From Reclinomonas americana ATCC 50394 (lineage: Eukaryota): a DNA stretch of 37,938 nucleotides. The notes beneath the pieces are model-generated. The model worked only from the letters and a program-made list of their open reading frames with translations. It did not search any database and had not been told where the DNA came from. Shown piece by piece: positions 12,001 to 22,963 of this stretch (positions within the stretch are counted from its first letter, which is position 1; each line of letters starts with the position of its first letter). The position numbers and the translations under genes are program-made. The stretch is taken from the NCBI GenBank assembly GCA_048213135.1, contig PS015173.1, positions 62,001 through 99,938 of the forward strand, written 5' to 3'.

Positions 12001-14237
12001 TCTATTGTTAGAAAGAACTGACGGTATTGAGTGTTGCAGCTGTGTACTGAGCACTCCGCTCTCGCTCGTCGGTGTGCTGCCAACAGAGGGCGTGGCCGAT
12101 GTTCCTGTCGACCAAACTACGGCGGCGGCGGCGGCAATTGAGCACGCCGTTACTCAATTTGGCCTATCCATCGTCTCAGGTCACGGCTCTTTGCTACATG
12201 CACTGTGCGCTCCTCAGCCGCCAGAGTCCGCTGGGCCCTCTGCGGAGGTCAGTATTATGGGTGCATGCTGCGTGTTGTTGAAGTTTTCCCCCCTTCTCAA
12301 TCAAGTCGCTGTCGAGTGCAGATCATGACGGCAGAGGCGGCGGCGGATTGCATCGGCGAGTGGACTTTGCTGAGCGAGAGCACCGCCGTTCTGCCAGTCA
12401 GCCCGTTCTTTGATATCGACAAGCCAGATGGCGTTCAAGTCTCACACGTGTTGCAGCAACTCGGTACGGTCGTCGACGACTTTTGCCCGACTTCACTGCT
12501 GCGCTCCGATGCTGCGTTGGCGTGGGTCGCGGCGCAACGGCTGGCAGTCAACCTCTTGATGCTGGTGTTCTGCACCGATGGTCGCTTGATGTGTGTCCGA
12601 TTCAATGCTGGCGAGGTGGAGCTGGTGGGCGAGGATGCGCCGGCCCGTTTGATCCCGCTGGCATACATTGAGGCGGACCGCGTCTTCTGCCGCCTTTGTG
12701 GTGACTACCATTGTGTTAACAAGCTTCTTTTCCGCTGTGAATGATCTTGTCGCTCACTGCACGTGCACGGCAGACGACGGGACGGAGCGCATGTCTCGTG
12801 TGCTAGCTGCTTTGTTTGGTGAGGCGGAAACAGGTGGTGTGTCACTCGTTGATCCTACTCATGTTGGTATTGTTCGATGGCTACACGTACACAGGCACTG
12901 AAGACGAGGAACAAACGGAGGTCGTGCCTGTTGCTGCTGCTCTGGAGGAGATGGATCAATCGGTGGCAGTCGACGTACTTTTGTGGCGGTTGCGTCACAA
13001 TTCGGTGCAGATCATGTGGGGTGGAGTGGGTGTCCCAGGCGTGTCGTACGTGGTGTACCTTGGAGACGAGATGATTGGAGGTGAGTGTCAATGTATGCTC
13101 GCCACATTCGTCGCTGCAGATAGGGTGGCTCATTGTGTGCGCACGTGCAGAGACCGACCGACATCAAGTGCCGTTTAGTTTGCCCACAGAGCGCCTGCAT
13201 TCAGGCGCTGAGCTGGCGATTATTGTGCGAGTGCGTTGTGGAGACACGCTGTGGGCGCCGTCGCCTGTGCTTCGCACTGTTGTTCCGAGTGCGTGACCGC
13301 TATGTATATATTATGTAGATGTGCAGCCTGTGCACTTCCACTCAACGCGACATGCACAGATCCGCCTCCGTGGACCTCGGAACGCCAAGAGGAGCTGGAG
13401 CGCAGTGCCAACCTGGTGCTGAAATTGCGCTGCAAGCCTTCTGTGAAACCGCGTTCGAAGAAGCAAGCAGAACCACTGTTGGCCAAGGTGCGCTCTTGCT
13501 CTGCAGGAGATTTCTTTGTGTTGACGTGTGTGCCTCATCCACGCATACTGCAGGCCGCAAGCAGTGAGTGTGGAGCGTATCGTCTGTTGGACGGTTACTT
13601 TGAGTTTGTGTGGGTACGTTTTGGCATACCACCAGCGAATCACGTCGTGAACTTCATCTAACATCGTTCGGCAGTCACACGCGACAAATGGCATCTCGGA
13701 GCCGGTGCCGGAAGAGTACCACACGTCGACTGCGGCCGCGCTGGCTGAGATTGCATACACTCTCACGCTTCCTGGACTGGACTGTTGCGTTGAGCTGCTC
13801 GCAGTTTGTCGCACTTGCCAGCTCCACTCAATCGTGTTTTTTGTGTCCCTCCCCCGACACCGCCAGGTGCTCATGATGTGGTGCGTTGGGTCTTGGCTGC
13901 CGACGACGTTAGCTGGACAGAGATTGTGCAACTGCAAGCTGGTGAGACGGTCGGGGCCATGGCGACGGCGATTGCGGAAATCCTGATTTCCATTCGCGAG
14001 ACCGCGCCTGGTGCGTCCGCCCTTCGGCAGAGTTTAAGCCTGCACAATGTCTTCCACTAACTCACTCTTGCAGGAGGATCGTGGGTCACCAACGCTCCCG
14101 AATTCGTGCGCGGAACGTGGTCGACGCTGCGCGACAAATGTGTCGCCCATGCCGGCGATGAGATGCACGATACTCTTCTCGAGCTGTGCGACTTTGTGTT
14201 GAGTCTGGTGCCACCACCACCACCACCACCACAGTAA
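1..14237 (+). CDS. RNF213: RNF213/mysterin-like giant AAA+ ATPase / E3-like protein, 5'-truncated by the window edge, dozens of exons, with a C-terminal ANK + tandem domain + FN3-like extension
   Basis: Spliced exons (2-80, 149-251, 320-575, ...) read CVVFLDEAGL..LKVTHAYLD..VFLSNTTLDAAKTNR, FHMRDFVYFL, YRNFGG, RYTLLID, AMLKGQTVVLINGATIFTSLYDVFNRHF..GQYYANVAIG..VHRDFRVIV..PLPFLNRFEKFVL. These are colinear with recalled RNF213 AAA4-AAA5 motifs (VVLDEVGL, ISNWALDPAKMNR, LRDYYSL, RNFSG, LYESLYDALNQYY, VHPNFRLIV, PIPLINRLEKHYL). The junctions I checked join in phase through to a last exon at 14074-14237 ending PPPPPPPQ-TAA. Not every internal junction was verified. The symbol means 'like', not proven orthology. 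Confidence 0.85.
10650..11160 (+). other. Ankyrin-repeat domain (about 3-4 repeats) within the RNF213-like gene
   Basis: Spliced translation LQDAVAVGDIE..RNSDGLGLLHLAAWHNQADLFHVLV..RNADGMTALHFACFRNAQAVIGALAD..EDKRTPLSLAEEGGHVELV matches the ANK consensus G-TPLHxA..G..xV. Confidence 0.85.
12960..13290 (+). other. Fibronectin type III-like domain within the RNF213-like gene
   Basis: The pattern HNSVQIMW...SYVVYL...LHSGAELAIIVRVRC...W.PSPVLRTVVP resembles the FN3 signature (SxxxxW, Y-x-V, L-x-P-G-x-x-Y-x-V-x-V). Confidence 0.5.
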
Positions 14238-14319
14238 TGTACATCGTGCTGTTTTGTTGCAATTGAGGACGATTATCATGATTGTTTTTACCACTCGTGC
14301 CGCATTCCGGTCGGCCTTG

Positions 14320-15577
14320 TCACGCAAATGTGCGATGCACCGCCTTTTGCGGTCTCTGCTCTGCAAACGGTGCAAACTGGTAGCCCTCGTAGCCCAGCTC
14401 CGCCAACTTGAGATTGCGCTTGCGTTCCCTAGACAAGAGTCTTGTCACGCGCCGCTCAGCCTGCACAGGAGTGCGCTCCGCGTCGTGGCGCAGTCGCTCC
14501 ATTTTCCGGCGAGGCAGACGCACAAACTTGCGCCCGGCGTTGCGGAACAGATCAGGATGAATGCGATCCGGCGTCAACAACTCGCACTTCAGCACGCGAT
14601 CGAACATGATGTAGTTGTGCATGGCCTCGGCCGCCAACTCGGCCACCTACAACGACCAGGTAAGCACACGCCGGCTTCACGAGTGCGCACCAACAACATC
14701 ACGTTACCTCTTTCCTGGCAAACTCGACAAAGGCATAGAAGCGCGACTTGCCCGTTCGCCGCGCCTTGGCCATGCGCACATTGGTGATGCGTCCAAACTG
14801 CTTGAAGAAGCCACGCAGCTGGTTATCGTAAAAGCCGTGTGGCAGATGACCAATGTACAACACTCCGCGCTCGTCCTGCACGCAGAAGACGTACAGATTC
14901 AGCACGCTAGCTGTCTCTCAAGCTGTCGTCTCCCGGCATTGCGTAACCTTGTCGACTTGCATCGCATCGTCTTGCTTCTTCGCCTTGGAGAGAGGCAGCG
15001 GCACCACCGCTTCGTCGTCATCATCGTCGTCCTCCACACTCGCAAGGGCCTTTTGCAAACCCGCGGGAGCCGGCATTGTCGGCACCAGCTCGACATCGTC
15101 GGGCAACTCACCCTCGTCGGATGAGTCATCGACCACGGCCGCCGCCTTCTTGCCCTTCTTGCCCGGTGCCAGTCGCCGCTTCTTCTTTGGTGACTCACCC
15201 TCGCCCTCTTCCTCCACGGCGATAGCCTCCACCTTCTGCACGGAGCAACAAAAGGGGGGGCGTGTAAGGGCTATGTGCACATTCACATCATCAACGACAT
15301 GCCCAGCACACACGCACACACACACACAAACCTCCTCTTCCTGCGGCGCATCCTTGACAGAGGGTGTGCGAGCTCTCTTTCGTGAAGGCTTGCTGCTTGC
15401 GGCGGCTGCGGGGGCGGGACTGGCAGCAGCAGCAGCCTTGGTCTTGCGAGCAGGAGGCGGCGTGCTCTCGCCCTTCTTGTTCAGCGCATCGAATACCTTT
15501 TGTGAGGCGGCAGACGGCTCGCGTGAGAGGAGAGCCTTCTTCTGCGGGCGGCGCGCGGGCGCCTTCTTGCGATCCAT
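14320..15577 (-). CDS. NOP15: Nucleolar RRM protein Nop15/NIFK (MKI67IP), ribosome biogenesis; about 4 exons
   Basis: GVLYIGHLPHGFYDNQLRGFFKQFGRITNVRMAKARRTGKSRFYAFVEF..EVAELAAEAMHNYIMFDRVLKC..IHPDLF is the characteristic Nop15/NIFK RRM. It has a K/E/D-rich N-terminus from ATG 15577 and a stop at 14320. Confidence 0.93.
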
Positions 15578-15732
15578 GAGTGCTGTGTGTGATTGATGTG
15601 TCCCGTGAGTCTGCGCGCGACGTTCCTTCGTTGTTGCTTTCTCCCCTCCAAGTCAAGTCTGTGGAGCCTTCCGCCCTTCTAACATCAATGTTCTCAAACA
15701 CTTCCCCACTTCCCGCACGAACGCGAATCACT

Positions 15733-16444
15733 TTATTCACCATTGCCGACTTCCAACTTCTCGACCTCTCGCCGGAAACCCTGCTTGCTGAACAGAGTCA
15801 GCGTCGTTCCGGCTGTGTGACATGACACCGCACACAGTCAGCGACTCCATGGAACAACGAAAAAAGAGAGGAGAAGAAGAACAAGGGAAAACGCAACGTG
15901 GAGGCTTCTTGTCGGAGTACCGACTGGCATTCGCCACAGCCAAGCTCACTGCACGGCAGCACAGGTTGCGCTTGTGAATGAGAGAGAATGCAGCAAAATG
16001 GAGAAACGCCTTTCAGCTCGAACCTGCTTCCCGGTCGCGCTTTCGCGGGTGCTTCCTGCCCGATGAGTCCATGACCGCAGTCGACGCTGCTGATCCACTT
16101 GCTGTCGACATTGACGAGAAAGAGGAGGCTGCGGCGGCTGCTGCTGCTGCTGCGCCTGCTGCTGGTGACGACGCTGTGACAGGTGACTGTGGTGACATTG
16201 GAATGTCACGCCCTCCAGCAGAACCACTGTACAACTCCAGTGGGTTGGCGGTCACAATCACGTTCTGTCGTCGCCGGTGTCTCTCTTGTTGCATCTGCGT
16301 GCGCGTGGGCGGGTGGGCGGGCGAGATGAGCAACGAAGCAGCGAGAGGGGGAGAGGAATAGTGATGTGCTGGCAACGCAACGACGATCTCATTGGCGGTG
16401 CGTTGCAGCTCGCTGAGCTGTCTGTTGGGTCGTGCAGCGGCCAT
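15733..16444 (-). CDS. Small hypothetical protein, 4 exons, low-complexity Ala/Ser centre, basic RKHPRKRDR putative NLS
   Basis: Three GT..AG introns with pyrimidine-rich interiors join MAAARPNRQLSELQRTANEIV / MQQERHRRRQNVIVTANPLELY..RKRDREA / VSLAVANASRYSDKKPP / PGTTLTLFSKQGFRREVEKLEVGNGE* in phase. No family recognised. Confidence 0.6.
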
Positions 16445-16603
16445 TCACGGTGTGGTGTGTGTCTGCACACGCAGCGACGTGATGACGCAGCGATGGGCAG
16501 GACGCACAAAACAAAGACAACTTCGACCTTCTTCATTCTTCACCCATGCGACAGGCGGTGCTCTATAACAGAAATACACACGCCGCCTCTCTCACAGTCG
16601 CAC

Positions 16604-19600
16604 TCAGTTGTGCTTGCGACGACTCTTCTTGCTCTTGTTTCCGTGGCTGCAGCGGGCCGTGATCTGACGGACCAGCTTCTCCGCTTGCTTCGCCTGTCGC
16701 TCGTCGCGCTTGGCCAGACGGCGTTGGTGGATCGACTTGGCGTCACGAACCGACTTCTTGGCTTGCTCCAGCGCCCGCTTGGCGGCAGCAACGGCCTTGC
16801 GGACTTCGGCGTTGGCTCGCTGGAGAGCGTTCTGGCTCGCCGCCGTCTCCTGCGTGTGTGAGAAAACAAGAGAGCGAGTGAGTGACAAGGGATGATATGC
16901 GTTGTGGGTTCGCTCCACGAACCTGCTTCACGCGTCGCTTCCACGTTGGCGACACGCATTCGCACTGCTGTTGATACCGCCTCCGGAGGGCCTTGATTTT
17001 GTTGACGAGCAGCTGGCATGGCCGGCTCTGCTGCGTGGAACTTGCTTCCGCCAAGGACAGCAACGGTAGCGATCCCGAATCGCCGTCTGGTGGCGTACCA
17101 TCGGCGTGCAGAACACCATCGGCAGGAGGAGCGCCAACGGCAGGCGGAGCACCATCGACAGGCGGAGCGCTAACATCGGCAGGAGGAGTGCCATCGGCAG
17201 GAGGAGCGCTAACATCGGCAGGAGGAGTGCCATCGGCAGGCGTGCCATCGGCAGGCGGAGCACCATCGGCGGGCAGAGCGCTAACATCGGCAGGAGGAGT
17301 ACCATCGGCAGGAGCGCCATCGGCAGGCGGAGCGCCATCGGCAGGCGGAGCGCCATCAGCAGGCCAGGCAGCATCGCCACCGGCAGGAGGAGCGCCATCG
17401 GCAGGCGGGGCACCATCGGCAGGAGGAGCGCCATCGGCAGGAGGAGCACCATCGGCAGGAGGAGCGCCATCGGCAGGCGGAGCGACATCCGCAGGCGGAG
17501 CGCCATCGGCAGGAGGAGCACCATCGGCAGGCCAGGCAGCATCGCCACCGGCAGGAGGAGCGCCATCGGCAGGAGGAGCACCATCGGCGGGCGGAGCGCT
17601 AACATCGGCNNNNNNNNNNNNNNNNNNNNNNNNNNNNNNNNNNNNNNNNNNNNNNNNNNNNNNNNNNNNNNNNNNNNNNNNNNNNNNNNNNNNNNNNNNN
17701 NNNNNNNNNNNNNNNNNNNNNNNNNNNNNNNNNNNNNNNNNNNNNNNNNNNNNNNNNNNNNNNNNNNNNNNNNNNNNNNNNNNNNNNNNNNNNNNNNNNN
17801 NNNNNNNNNNNNNNNNNNNNNNNNNNNNNNNNNNNNNNNNNNNNNNNNNNNNNNNNNNNNNNNNNNNNNNNNNNNNNNNNNNNNNNNNNNNNNNNNNNNN
17901 NNNNNNNNNNNNNNNNNNNNNNNNNNNNNNNNNNNNNNNNNNNNNNNNNNNNNNNNNNNNNNNNNNNNNNNNNNNNNNNNNNNNNNNNNNNNNNNNNNNN
18001 NNNNNNNNNNNNNNNNNNNNNNNNNNNNNNNNNNNNNNNNNNNNNNNNNNNNNNNNNNNNNNNNNNNNNNNNNNNNNNNNNNNNNNNNNNNNNNNNNNNN
18101 NNNNNNNNNNNNNNNNNNNNNNNNNNNNNNNNNNNNNNNNNNNNNNNNNNNNNNNNNNNNNNNNNNNNNNNNNNNNNNNNNNNNNNNNNNNNNNNNNNNN
18201 NNNNNNNNNNNNNNNNNNNNNNNNNNNNNNNNNNNNNNNNNNNNNNNNNNNNNNNNNNNNNNNNNNNNNNNNNNNNNNNNNNNNNNNNNNNNNNNNNNNN
18301 NNNNNNNNNNNNNNNNNNNNNNNNNNNNNNNNNNNNNNNNNNNNNNNNNNNNNNNNNNNNNNNNNNNNNNNNNNNNNNNNNNNNNNNNNNGGCCTTCGGC
18401 TTCTCCGTCGGCTTCGGCTTCGGCTTCTCCGTCGGCTTCGGCTTCTCCGTTGGCTTGGGCTTCTCCGTCGGCTTGGGCTTCTCAGTCGGCTTGGGCTTCT
18501 CAGTCGGCTTGGGCTTCGGCTTCTCCGCCGGCTTCGGCTTCGGCTTCTCCGCCGGCTTCGGCTTCGGCTTCTCCGCCGGCTTCGGCTTCGGCTTCTCCGT
18601 CGGCTTGGGCTTCTCAGTCGGCTTGGCCTTCGGCTTCTCCGTTGGCTTCGGTTTGGGCTGCTCCGTCGGCTTGGGCTTCGGCTGCTCAGTTGGCTTCGGC
18701 TTCGGCTTCTCCGTCGGCTTCGGCTTGGGCTTCTCCGTCGGCTTGGGCTTGGGCTTCTCCGCCGGCTTGGGCTTCTCCGTCGGCTTGGGCTTGGGCTGCT
18801 CAGTCGGCTTGGGCTTGGGCTTCTCCGCCGGCTTCGGCTTGGGCTGCTCAGTCGGCTTGGGCTTGGGCTTCTCCGTCGGCTTCGGCTTCGGCTTCTCCGT
18901 CGGCTTCGGCTTGGGCTTCTCCGTCGGCTTGGGCTTGGGCTTCTCCGCCGGCTTGGGCTTCGGCTTCTCCGCCGGCTTGGGCTTCTCCGCCGGCTTGGGC
19001 TTCTCCGTCGGCTTGGGCTTGGGCTTCTCCGCCGGCTTCGGCTTGGGCTGCTCAGTCGGCTTGGGCTTGGGCTTCTCCGCCGGCTTGGGCTTGGGCTTCT
19101 CCGCCGGCTTCGGCTTGGGCTGCTCAGTCGGCTTGGGCTTCGGCTTCTCCGTCGGCTTCGGCTTCGGCTTTTCCGTCGGCTTCGGCGGCTGTGCTGGCTT
19201 CGGCGGCTGTGCTGGCTTCGGCGGCTGTGCTGGCTTCGGCGGCTGTGCTGGCTTCGGCGGCTGCGCTGGCTTCGGCGGCTGCGCTGGCTTCGGCGGCTGC
19301 GCTGGCTTCGGCGGNNNNNNNNNNNNNNNNNNNNNNNNNNNNNNNNNNNNNNNNNNNNNNNNNNNNNNNNNNNNNNNNNNNNNNNNNNNNNNNNNNNNNN
19401 NNNNNNNNNNNNNNNNNNNNNNNNNNNNNNNNNNNNNNNNNNNNNNNNNNNNNNNNNNNNNNNNNNNNNNNNNNNNNNNNNNNNNNNNNNNNNNNNNNNN
19501 NNNNNNNNNNNNNNNNNNNNNNNNNNNNNNNNNNNNNNNNNNNNNNNNNNNNNNNNNNNNNNNNNNNNNNNNNNNNNNNNNNNNNNNNNNNNNNNNNNNN

Positions 19601-20983
19601 NNNNNNGCCATCGGCACGAGGAGCTGCCATCGGCAGGCAGGCAGCGATCGCAGGCGGAGCGCCATCGGCAGGAGGAGCGCCATCGGCAGGCGGAGCGCCA
19701 TCGGCAGGCGGAGCGACATCGGCAGGCGGAGCGCCATCGGCAGGCGGAGCGCCATCGGCAGGCGGAGCGCCATCGGCAGGCGGAGCGCCATCGGCAGGCG
19801 GAGCGCCATCGGCAGGCGGAGCGCCATCAGGAGACCAAACAGCACCGGCGGGCGGAGCGCCATCGGCAGGCGGAGCGCCATCGGCAGGCCAGGCGGCATC
19901 GCCACCGGCAGGAGGAGCAACGTCGGTAGGCGGGGCACCTTTAGGAGTCCAAGCAGCATCGGCAGGCGGAGCGCCATCGGCAGGAGGAGCGCGATCGGCA
20001 GGTGGCACTCGCCCATGCGGCTGCGCCGGCTTATACGGCTGCGCTGGCTTCGGCTTCCCCTTCGGCTTCGGCTTCTCCGTCGGCTTCGGCTTCGGCTTCT
20101 CCGTCGACTTGGGCTTCGGCTTCTCCGTCGGCTTCGGCTTGGGCTTCTCAGTCGGCTTCTCCGTTGGCTTGGGCTTCTCAGTCGGCTTGGGCTTCGGCTT
20201 CTCCGTCGGCTTGGGCTTCTCAGTCGGCTTGGGCTTCGGCTTCTCCGTCGGCTTGGGCTTCGGCTTCTCCGTCGGNNNNNNNNNNNNNNNNNNNNNNNNN
20301 NNNNNNNNNNNNNNNNNNNNNNNNNNNNNNNNNNNNNNNNNNNNNNNNNNNNNNNNNNNNNNNNNNNNNNNNNNNNNNNNNNNNNNNNNNNNNNNNNNNN
20401 NNNNNNNNNNNNNNNNNNNNNNNNNNNNNNGCTGGCTTCGGCGGTGGTGGCGGTACTGCCCTCGGAGGTGGAGGTGGTGGCGGCGGTGCCCTCGGAGGTG
20501 GTGGTGGCGCTGGCCTCGGTGGTGGTGGTGGCGGCGCTGCCCTCGGAGGTGGAGGTGGTGGCGGCGGTGGTGGCGGCGCTGCCCTCGGTGGTGGAGGTGG
20601 TGGTGGCGCTGGCCTCGGTGGTGGTGGTGGTGGAGGCGGCGCTGGCTTCGGCGGTGGTGGTGGTGCTGCTCTCGGAGGTGGAGGTGGTGGCCTCCTTGCT
20701 GGCCCACCAGTTGCTGCTGCAAGACTGATCACAGCTGCATCTTCCTTGTTCTCGCCGTCGAACAAGTGCCCATAGTCAGACTGCAAGAGGCTCCACTGGC
20801 CTTCTTGCTCATCGTTGAAGATGACGTCAACGGTGTCGCTCTCGAAGGCTGTGTGGCAATACATGGATTGGCGGTGGGGCTGTGAGGTAATGTGTTGTTG
20901 CTTGACTCACCATGCGCTTGCAGAGCCAGAACTGTCACGCCCAATGCCGCGACAAGGAGGAGAAGCAAGAGAGGGTATCTCAT
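16604..20983 (-). CDS. Secreted proline-rich repeat protein (extensin/mucin-like) with a basic coiled-coil C-terminus; spans 3 gaps
   Basis: ATG 20983 gives the signal peptide [25 protein letters not shown]. After intron 20849-20910 come an acidic N-domain, poly-Pro, and [14 protein letters not shown] and PPADGA arrays. After intron ~16850-16922 the last exon is [38 protein letters not shown]. Continuity across the N-gaps is inferred. Confidence 0.72.
17115..17609. repeat. 18-bp tandem array (ggcggagcgccatcggca-like; PPADGA on the - strand)
   Basis: Directly visible; runs into the gap at 17610-18390. Confidence 0.95.
18391..19314. repeat. 18/24-bp tandem array (PTEKPK[PK]) followed by an 18-bp array (PPKPAQ)
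   Basis: ggcttcggcttctccgtc-type units at 18391-~19180; ggcttcggcggctgtgct units at ~19180-19314. Confidence 0.95.
19607..20275. repeat. Second PPADGA array (~19607-20000) and second PTEKPKPK array (~20060-20275)
   Basis: Same units as the other arrays, directly visible. Confidence 0.93.
20431..20692. repeat. GGT/GGC/GGA-rich repeat encoding [12 protein letters not shown] poly-proline blocks (- strand)
   Basis: Directly visible. Confidence 0.92.
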
Positions 20984-21030
20984 GCTGGAAAGCTCTTGGC
21001 CTTCTCTCGCACCAAATCGCTTTGAGATGA

Positions 21031-21605
21031 ATTCATAAGTTGAGATTCGAGCGGGAAGTAACGGTGGGTATACAAAAACGGCTACACAAGACGATTTCAG
21101 CGAAGAAGTTGTCGGTATGGTGAAAATGAAAAAAAAAAGGCTTTTTGCATCTGATGAACTTGAGTCTCGGCGTGAAAACAAAGAAAATCCAAGAGGAATT
21201 GCCGATAAAAGCTGGCATGCGCAGCTGCAGCACCGAAATCAGAAAATCGGGATCCTGACCGTGGCTTTCAGGGTGCAACATTGCTCCACCGACCTACTTC
21301 AGTGCATGGGTTACGCCAGGTCCGAAAACACGTGGCCCTAACCACGCAGGTCCGGAACTGCTTGGTCCAGAACTGCTTCCGATTCGAATTCGAATGCTGC
21401 GTAGCGTGTTTCCGTTTTTTCCATTCTCGAGTTGCATCTAAGCGCAGCCCCGTGCCTTATGGACATCGCATGCGCAAGCGTTCTGTTCATGCAGCCATCA
21501 TGGAAAAGCGTACCTGGCACGGCATGCAGTACACAGCCGCAAAAAAACACTGTAAATCCGACGAATCAACAAAAAAACCACTTCAACTAACTCTTATCTT
21601 ACGCA
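21031..21605. promoter_or_regulatory. Putative bidirectional promoter region between divergent genes
   Basis: More AT-rich with A-runs, lying between ATG 20983 (-) and ATG 21606 (+). Positional inference only. Confidence 0.4.
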
Positions 21606-21698
21606 ATGGCTTCGTGGCTGTTCGACAAGCTGCGGGGTGAGTGTTCCCTCCCTCCACCTCTCCTCCCTCCCCTTCCGTCTCTCTCCCCCTTCTCCCTC

Positions 21699-21760
<62 letters not shown>

Positions 21761-22880
21761 NNNNNNNNNNNNNNNNNNNNNNNNNNNNNNNNNNNNNNNN
21801 NNNNNNNNNNNNNNNNNNNNNNNNNNNNNNNNNNNNNNNNNNNNNNNNNNNNNNNNNNNNNNNNNNNNNNNNNNNNNNNNNNNNNNNNNNNNNNNNNNNN
21901 NNNNNNNNNNNNNNNNNNNNNNNNNNNNNNNNNNNNNNNNNNNNNNNNNNNNNNNNNNNNNNNNNNNNNNNNNNNNNNNNNNNNNNNNNNNNNNNNNNNN
22001 NNNNNNNNNNNNNNNNNNNNNNNNNNNNNNNNNNNNNNNNNNNNNNNNNNNNNNNNNNNNNNNNNNNNNNNNNNNNNNNNNNNNNNNNNNNNNNNNNNNN
22101 NNNNNNNNNNNNNNNNNNNNNNNNNNNNNNNNNNNNNNNNNNNNNNNNNNNNNNNNNNNNNNNNNNNNNNNNNNNNNNNNNNNNNNNNNNNNNNNNNNNN
22201 NNNNNNNNNNNNNNNNNNNNNNNNNNNNNNNNNNNNNNNNNNNNNNNNNNNNNNNNNNNNNNNNNNNNNNNNNNNNNNNNNNNNNNNNNNNNNNNNNNNN
22301 NNNNNNNNNNNNNNNNNNNNNNNNNNNNNNNNNNNNNNNNNNNNNNNNNNNNNNNNNNNNNNNNNNNNNNNNNNNNNNNNNNNNNNNNNNNNNNNNNNNN
22401 NNNNNNNNNNNNNNNNNNNNNNNNNNNNNNNNNNNNNNNNNNNNNNNNNNNNNNNNNNNNNNNNNNNNNNNNNNNNNNNNNNNNNNNNNNNNNNNNNNNN
22501 NNNNNNNNNNNNNNNNNNATTCGTCGCCCACTGGAGGAATGCCGGCCGCTGGGCCGGTGGTGGTGACGACCACGGCGTCCGTCATTTTGGCGCAGCACAT
22601 CAAGGCGCGCTCTGCGGCAGCCGCGGCGGCCGCAGCGGAAGCAGCTGCAGCACCCGCTGGCGACTCGCCATCATCGCCGCCTGCGGCGGTCACGCCGGAA
22701 GAGGCTGCCGACGCAGAGAGCGACGATGATGCAGAATTCTCCGGCTTCGTGTCGGCATCACCGACCGCGTCTCCCCCGCCGGCACCGTCGCCACCCGCAG
22801 CAGCGCAAGAAGCCGCAGCGGCCGATGGCGCCGCATCCACACCCGTGGCTGCTGACACAAAACCGCACGAGGAACAATGA
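21606..22880 (+). CDS. Hypothetical protein; middle hidden in the gap at 21761-22518; Ala/Pro/acidic low-complexity C-terminus
   Basis: MASWLFDKLRG is followed by a gtgagt donor and a pyrimidine/CA-rich intron. After the gap an open frame ..ESDDDAEFSGFVSA..KPHEEQ* is followed by AT-rich 3' sequence. Confidence 0.55.
21704..21760. repeat. (CA)n microsatellite, intronic, abutting a gap
   Basis: Directly visible. Confidence 0.98.
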
Positions 22881-22963
22881 AACTCTAATGATTGTTTGTT
22901 GGTATTATGTATGCTACGTGCAAAACAACAACACTTTTTTTCATTCTTTTCTTTGTTTCTTCC

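Noticed and set aside
17115-20275. Tandem arrays as a CRISPR array or telomeric/satellite DNA
   Set aside because: There are no unique spacers, unit lengths are multiples of 3 with variation mainly at synonymous positions, and the context is eukaryotic coding sequence.
16993-20885. Very long + strand ORFs (978, 1259 and 757 aa; GFGFSV, SAGGAP and LRRL repeats)
   Set aside because: These are shadow frames of the repeats and read through Ns. The - strand frame has a signal peptide, splice sites and a coherent terminus.
20849-20910. Possible 31-nt intron (20880-20910) in the secreted repeat gene
   Set aside because: That acceptor leads to a stop. The acceptor at 20849 (62-nt intron) restores the frame and gives an AHA-FE signal cleavage site.
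21382-21395. Perfect 14-bp palindrome ATTCGAATTCGAAT in the divergent intergenic region
   Set aside because: It occurs once, its spacing does not match a heat-shock element (nGAAnnTTCn), and it could be chance.
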